Assembly (NCBI GenBank): GCA_024626585.2
Contig: JANKJI020000002.1
Span: 9,435,948 to 9,453,127 of the forward strand
Length of the DNA: 17,180 nucleotides
Reading direction: 5' to 3'
From: Ginkgo biloba
Lineage: Eukaryota > Plantae > Ginkgophyta
Of the stretch, positions 10,968-17,180 are shown piece after piece. The notes under the pieces were generated by a model, which saw only the letters and a program-made list of their open reading frames with translations, ran no database searches and was not told the DNA's origin. Made by a program: the position numbers and the translations under genes. Position 1 is the stretch's first letter. Every line of letters begins with the position of its first letter.

Positions 10968-11132
10968 CTTGCCATCATATTCTTCATCCTTATGATTGAC
11001 ATCATTTGAACCGGAAGCTACCACTCGTAAAGGCTGTGCTCCAACAATCAAATTCATGAGGTCAAAGAAGTGGCAACACTTCTCCACCAAGGTGCCTCCT
11101 GTATTGACATTGAATCGGTTCCAATTGTTAAC
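10968..11132 (-). CDS. Internal exon of the same Gfo/Idh/MocA oxidoreductase (catalytic region); absent from the ORF track
   Basis: Read manually. Acceptor TGTGTAG|GTT, 165 nt, translates [55 protein letters not shown], donor AAG|GTTCTT. GG-x-L-x4-H-x-x-D is the family's catalytic His motif. Confidence 0.95.
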
Positions 11133-11290
11133 CTACACAAAATCAAGGGAATAGATAACATTCAGTATGCTCACATAAAAGTCTTGGCACATACTAAAAA
11201 TGCATTTCTTTGACAAAGAATTGGACTTTTTGTGGTTTGGTTTTATTTGTTATTAGAGAAACATGTTTTAAGTTTTAACCTTTTCCTTAC
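11133..11290 (-). other. Spliceosomal intron (158 nt, phase 0)
   Basis: GTAAGG...TGTGTAG. Removing it joins PFLVK|VNNWNRF in frame. Confidence 0.92.
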
Positions 11291-11467
11291 CTTAACAAGA
11301 AAAGGAAACCGATGTTCTCTAATTGCCACCATACNNNNNNNNNNNNNNNNNNNNNNNNNNNNNNNNNCCTTTACTTCCTTGATCAACTTGGCTATGGGTG
11401 GCATGTATCTATATTCCAATCCAACTTGTACCAAAATATCCGGTCTTTCTTTGGATGCTGCTATGAC
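11291..11467 (-). CDS. Internal exon of the same Gfo/Idh/MocA oxidoreductase
   Basis: Acceptor GCACAG|GTC. Translates VIAASKERPDILVQVGLEYRYMPPIAKLIKEVK-[N-gap 11335-11367]-MVAIREHRFPFLVK. Donor AAG|GTAAGG, phase 0. The VGLEYRY and IREHRFPF motifs are typical of the plant family members. Confidence 0.93.
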
Positions 11468-12058
11468 CTGTGCGAGCAACTGTTAGAAGAAAGGAAATAG
11501 ATGCAGGGTATTTTCTCAATCTCAAAAGAAGACAATAACAATTTTGTATCTCCACATTAAATCTTGAAGTTTTGATTTCTTTTGATTTCTACTGGATAAA
11601 TGAAGCTGAAGCAAAACAACAACCTATGTGCAAAAGCAGATTCTAAAGAACTTCAGGGTATACAATTGTTGTTTTCTTTAACAGGACATTTTGCAGATGT
11701 AATATTTAAAACTTCAATAATACCCATCAAAGGATATTGAATAATCCTTTAAATAAAACACGAGGACAAATATCTGCAAGTAAGCTTATCAGTTTTCTAG
11801 TTAAGAGATCTAATCCTAGTAGTTTTTGAAGGGCATCCCTGCTCTTAATTTTGTTAATATTAGGTTAGATCAAGGTGAGCTGTTTCACAGCTTCGGGTTT
11901 CAACAAAGGATCGCTGCTCTGCATATTTTGTCCTATTATTGCTTTAAATAAGTATAAAAAAAAAAAAAAAATAAAATTGAGATAAACCTTCTGAATCAAA
12001 ATCATACATAACCATTCACTTTGATCCCTGATCACAGAATGCGGGAAAGAATCCTCAC
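11468..12058 (-). other. Spliceosomal intron (591 nt, phase 0)
   Basis: GTGAGG...GCACAG, U-rich. Removing it joins DCKK|VIAAS in frame. Confidence 0.88.
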
Positions 12059-12229
12059 CTTTTTGCAATCCTCTACCTTGGTGCACAAAGGTTTTTCTAC
12101 AAGGATGTGATGAGGTTTTGGATGGTTTATAATATCCATGAGAATTTGAAAATGAGTCATATTTGGCGTTGAAACTACCACAATATCACATAGACCACTG
12201 TCCAACAACTCATGATGACTTGAAAAGAA
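12059..12229 (-). CDS. Internal exon of a Gfo/Idh/MocA oxidoreductase (inositol 2-dehydrogenase-like, At4g17370-type); 5' boundary uncertain (12218-12229, or ATG at 12280)
   Basis: Translates FFSSHHELLDSGLCDIVVVSTPNMTHFQILMDIINHPKPHHILVEKPLCTKVEDCKK. It contains the family-typical D-xVVV-[ST]P-x-x-x-H and H-[IV]LVEKP motifs. It ends at a phase-0 donor AAG|GTGAGG (GT at 12058-12057). There is no AG directly before the homologous start. Confidence 0.9.
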
Positions 12230-14419
12230 AGATAGGAGTATGGAAATAAGAAATAAAATTATAAAAATCCTATCATCCATGTGGTCAAGAGGAAGGAAAT
12301 AATCCTTTGTATCATGGGAATAGATGATTGAAAGTTAAAAAAAAATTATTAGAAGAGGCAAATTAGAATGAATCCTCTTAAGTTATTAGAGATTTCCATA
12401 ATGAAGATATCTAGGAAGGGTCTACTTTGGACTTGGGTAAACTATGAAAAAATGATAGTGCTGATGAAGAAGATTATTTAATCAATAAAGGAAGGCCATG
12501 GATAAATGGTGGATTTTATCCAATCTAGGGAGGATGTTAGAACATAACCCAAATATGTATAAGAATGTCCCATGCACCCACATAGCAATCCATAAAATTT
12601 TAGCACCAAGGATACACACATGAAAAAGGAGGCATGACTAGATGAATCCATAAACACTAAGAGAAAAAACTTAAAATCTCTAAAATGGATTTAACTAAGG
12701 TATATTTGGCACAAAACAATTCTAGGTTGCAACCAAGTGCAAAGTCTTATGAAAGTGAGGAGCATGAAGCAAGACCACTTCAGGAGGCGACAATGCAAGA
12801 TGAGATAGGAGAGAAATTTTCATAACTAGATGAGAATGGGCATAAAGTGGTAGTTATATAAGAAGTTTCACACATACAAATACCTAAACCTATGTNNNNN
12901 NNNNNNNNNNNNNNNNNNNNNNNNNNNNNNNNNNNNNNNNNNNNNNNNNNNNNNNNNNNNNNNNNNNNNNNNNNNNNNNNNNNNNNNNNNNNNNNNNNNN
13001 NNNNNNNNNNNNNNNNNNNNNNNNNNNNNNNNNNNNNNNNNNNNNNNNNNNNNNNNNNNNNNNNNNNNNNNNNNNNNNNNNNNNNNNNNNNNNNNNNNNN
13101 NNNNNNNNNNNNNNNNNNNNNNNNNNNNNNNNNNNNNNNNNNNNNNNNNNNNNNNNNNNNNNNNNNNNNNNNNNNNNNNNNNNNNNNNNNNNNNNNNNNN
13201 NNNNNNNNNNNNNNNNNNNNNNNNNNNNNNNNNNNNNNNNNNNNNNNNNNNNNNNNNNNNNNNNNNNNNNNNNNNNNNNNNNNNNNNNNNNNNNNNNNNN
13301 NNNNNNNNNNNNNNNNNNNNNNNNNNNNNNNNNNNNNNNNNNNNNNNNNNNNNNNNNNNNNNNNNNNNNNNNNNNNNNNNNNNNNNNNNNNNNNNNNNNN
13401 NNNNNNNNNNNNNNNNNNNNNNNNNNNNNNNNNNNNNNNNNNNNNNNNNNNNNNNNNNNNNNNNNNNNNNNNNNNNNNNNNNNNNNNNNNNNNNNNNNNN
13501 NNNNNNNNNNNNNNNNNNNNNNNNNNNNNNTTGTGCAGAGGGCGGAGCATGTGTATTTATCAACATTTTTGTTAAGGATTGAGCCCGGCGAGAGCCATGC
13601 ATGGACAGGGCAGGATAAGGGTGGACAGCCTTCATCCACACAAGATATAGAATACATGCCTATACGATAACTGTCGAACAAAAATATCTAGAGGATAAAG
13701 GTTAGGACTTGAGATCAATGAATTTTTTTACTTAAAAGTGCACACGTTTTGTTTTGTTTTTCCATAATCTTGTGAGACTTTTCGAACTTCATCTTGCTAG
13801 TCTAATGGGATTCGCATTTACTATCAAATTTTATACCGTTCCACACAAGGTGCACATGTGGGCCTTTGTTATTTTTACCCATTTTGAGCATGTTTTAGTT
13901 AGTGCATATGGAAGGTTTGTAAAGTACAAAATTGGCCCTCCATAAAACCTAATTACACTATACTAAATAGTATATCCAATTGTTACATATATGTAATATA
14001 GAATGTTGTGTCCATTCCATATAATTATCAACCAACAAAAAATACAATAGCAACTCCATCAATCACTAGGAAAACAACATTATCTAGGGCACTAGGCACT
14101 TGATTAAGATCTAAATTGGGTTGTTACCTTAGCCTGGAGCAATCAACTTTCTCTTAAGACTATCTCTTTCCCCTCTCAAAATTTTGTAGAAAATCCTTCA
14201 TATGAAGATCCCCTCTTAGACCCTTATCCTAGGAAAATATATGGATTATCCAATTATGATTCATTACTGGTGTAGTTTAATGCCCTGAGAGTTGAGGAGA
14301 GTATTGAGTACACCTAAAGAAGGTCCACCTCCTCCATTATAAACAACTCTCTGCTAGATAAGCAAATGAAAATTATGTCTAACTAAATTGTCATCCACTT
14401 ATGATGCAACATGCAAATC

Positions 14420-15510
14420 TTGAACTCTTTGTCACATGTTTCTTAAAAGATATAACTCAAATGCATGCACTTACATTTGAGTCCAGAGAATGGGAAAGAT
14501 TAAAGCAATTCATAAGTAAGTTGAAAATAGAAGGGTTAATAATTATTATGCTATTCCTAGTTTTCCAAATCATCCACAAAATTTTAACCCCTTGCATGTG
14601 CCAAGCATCAATGCATCCATTGTCAAAGGCATATCAATCATCAAAGAAAACCACATACCACTGAAGCGCTTAATTGAATGCAATTCCAAAAAAGATAATA
14701 AGGGGATTCCTCTTCAAAACTAAAGGGACACAAAGTTTGAATGCTAAGCTTGCCTAACATGGTTCCAAGTGGAAGACCATTGTGTAACATCAGGCACATA
14801 AAGATTTTTTTCTTCTCTTCCAGTTTTTTATCCCAAATTATTCAACATCTTATGATTTAAGCTTATATTGGATTTGATACCCTCCAAATTTTATTGCATC
14901 CACCTTTTAAACCCACTTATGGCTTAAGCATTTCTAAAATCTTTTTAATTGTATAATGTAAAAAGGGGGGTTTTAAAACCAACACCAATCAACTTGCAAG
15001 TTGTTTGTGCCTCTCAAGTAAGCTTTAGATCTTATCCCCTATGGCAACATTGCTATCAACTTTTGAAATAAGAATGCATGTGAATTAGGGAGGGCCCTCA
15101 AATTCATAAAGTCTTACAATAAGAACCAATTCCCAATATGGGCATTCCAAAGTTTATGAACTACTGCAATACCTTTTCTATGCCACATTTTAGACTATTA
15201 AAGGAATCTATCCTAAATGGCTTATGCTTAAGTTAAATTAACCAACTCCACCAAAGAGAAATACTTGGGAGGAAAAACCCTTCCTATGATCATTGTCATT
15301 CCATCTAAGGAGTCTCTCACTTTCTCCCATGCTTTCCAAATTAATTGCAAAATAATTGCTTCCTTAGCTTTAAACTTGACCATTACCATCAAAATATGCT
15401 CTTTGGACAAGCCATCCCAATATTTGATAGTGCAACCACCTAGCATTAATCGCAAAAAATACTTAGTGATGCCACTCCGGTCCGAGGCACCCCGAGTGCT
15501 CCTTATCCCA
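14420..15510 (-). mobile_element. L1-type LINE ORF2 C-terminal remnant (zf-RVT region), 5'-truncated
   Basis: IWKAWEKVR, then IWDKKLEEKKKIFMCLMLHNGLPLG...LCPFSFEEESPYYLF (~14680-14840, decayed zf-RVT), then LWMIWKTRN (14553-14576), a hallmark of plant LINEs. Boundaries are approximate. Confidence 0.8.
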
Positions 15511-16229
15511 CTCGTTTACATAAATAACTCAATGCCAAAAATCCATAAGCACATGAAAGTTGAGAGATGAAAAAAAAATACTACATTATATTACTCTAGC
15601 CTAATGGATTTATAACTTACATGGGCTTCATACCTTTGAGTTACAACTAACTTTATCCCACATGAACTATAAGTAGTTATGCCATTAAGGCTTCATAGGC
15701 TACTTAAGTGATACATACAAGAAAACCTCCTTGGAGGAATTCTACAAGCTTACACCCTAGGTCACCTTAGGTCGGTGCCTATCTCACTTCATGACGGTTC
15801 ATGCTTCATCAATTTAGTTTCAACTCAGCTACAAGCTACTAATCTTCAACTCAGCCTCGCAGTTCTCTATTTCATTCCTTGCCTATTGTGGATGTCCATA
15901 GGCTCTCCATTTGTATTCATCTCCATCATCTTTTTTCTTCTTCTTCTCTATCTGTAGGCTTGTTTCATTTTCTTTTTTTTACCACCTTTCTCCATTGCAC
16001 GGTGCTACCTCACATTTGATAATTATGCACTAGTGACTCTCTCTCTCCCTTATCACTCCTTTTTGCAAGCTCTTGCTTGAGTTTTTGGTGCTTACACTCT
16101 CCTCTATGCTTCTATGACTTCTTTCTTACCACCTTTCATACTTTGTTAAGTTGCCTCACCAAATTGCCTCACGATCAACGATCTGTTGGGATTTCTCTCT
16201 CTTGAATTGTGACTGCCTCAAGGTTGACA

Positions 16230-16460
16230 TTATGTCACCTCTTTCTTTCTTCACTACTTCTTCCTCTTCTATAACCTCTTCTTATGTCTCCCTCTCCTTC
16301 TCCTCACTTCCTTCTCTCATACTCTTTTTCTTTTTCTTTTCTTCTTCTCTCTTTCCCCCTTTCTCCTTTTGTTTCATGCGCCTTTTTCGCTTTTGTCTCT
16401 GCTTCAATATCTCTCTCCTCTCTCTCCTTCTCCTCCTCCTTTGTCTCCTCTTTTTTTTTC
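16230..16460. repeat. CT-rich low-complexity tract (K/E/R-rich coding potential on the minus strand)
   Basis: Almost purely pyrimidine on the plus strand. The minus strand reads KKKEETKEEEKEREERDIEAE. Confidence 0.8.
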
Positions 16461-16948
16461 AACTTCTTATTTATGCACTTATATACGCTACCACATTTGA
16501 TTACCAACGTATCTGCTCCAATGTTGTGGCTGGTAAGATTCATTATGGCCTTCCAATGGCTCTTCACCATTAAGACACTGTAATGTCTCTATTCACCTCG
16601 GTATACCTTATCCCTTTGGTTCTCCTTCATGATTCTAGTGTGCATTACTTACCGTTAGAGGTATAATGGATGGTCCTTGTAATAATGTTCCTTTTAAATT
16701 CTCCTTCATTTAACAAGTGTGGGCTTTGGATCACCACTTGATCTTACACAAGTGATGTCATCAAGATGTGACCTTTTGTGGTCGAGATAGCATACGAATC
16801 TAATAGTCCACGGTCCACCCTGGCTATCCTTCAGTGCTTGAGGAATTCTATTACTCTATCTCCTTCCATTTTTCCTATCATCTTGTAAACGTTATGAANN
16901 NNNNNNNNNNNNNNNNNNNNNNNNNNNNNNNNNNNNNNNNNNNNNNNN

Positions 16949-17180
16949 AAGGATTTCTATTTGTTGGAGTCAACTTATCCATTTGATTTTACAAGGTGTG
17001 AAACAAGAAATGCATCCACTACTTCCTTCCCAACCTTAAAAATCTAAATTTTTGATTTACTAAACTTTTCCTCGGCATTTGTGTTATACGATCTATATGG
17101 GAACCTCCACTTCGGGCTTTGTCTTTTCCTCAGAGTTTCCTATCCATAAATTGATAATGGGCACTTGCAATTCCTGATCT
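16949..17180 (-). mobile_element. Possible degenerate retrotransposon protease remnant
   Basis: With frameshifts it reads LQVPIINLWIGN / SGGSHIDRI / IKNLDF, loosely matching the P.I...IG...DGGS.VN.I...IKNL pattern of gypsy proteases. Confidence 0.3.

Noticed and set aside
10968-12229. Recent horizontal transfer of bacterial iolG/mocA
   Set aside because: Spliceosomal introns and plant-type sequence motifs indicate a native plant gene.
13531-13641. INTHAPPSAQ as the ADPHPPSQ-like motif of the missing first exon
   Set aside because: Similarity is superficial, and there is no upstream GxGxxG or REH motif in the frames read.
12780-13681. Long ORFs of 227-263 aa in the ORF track
   Set aside because: Almost entirely X residues from the 635-N gap. 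The same applies to the other gap-spanning ORFs.
16151-16583. Hydrophobic plus-strand ORFs as membrane proteins
   Set aside because: Artefact of CT-rich low-complexity DNA, which is the antisense of the K/E-rich tract.

Overview
AT-rich eukaryotic DNA from a draft assembly with ten N-gaps. It is most likely a large-genome land plant; a gymnosperm is suggested by the retroelement types, but that is inference. The only recognisable host gene is three internal minus-strand exons (12059-~12229, 11291-11467, 10968-11132) of a plant Gfo/Idh/MocA NAD(P)-dependent oxidoreductase (inositol 2-dehydrogenase-like, resembling Arabidopsis At4g17370), joined by phase-0 GT-AG introns. Its first exon (GxGxxG) and its C-terminal exons were not found in the readable sequence. 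The rest is mostly nested, degenerate retroelement DNA: several Ty3/gypsy remnants (two related gag copies with double zinc knuckles, protease, RT-RNase H, integrase tail, LTRs, PPT) and an L1-type LINE fragment. I see no convincing novel multi-gene system. The best leads concern the gene itself: an irregular 5' exon boundary with an in-frame hydrophobic leader, and a chain of cryptic exon-like segments downstream. Both are hypotheses that need RNA evidence.
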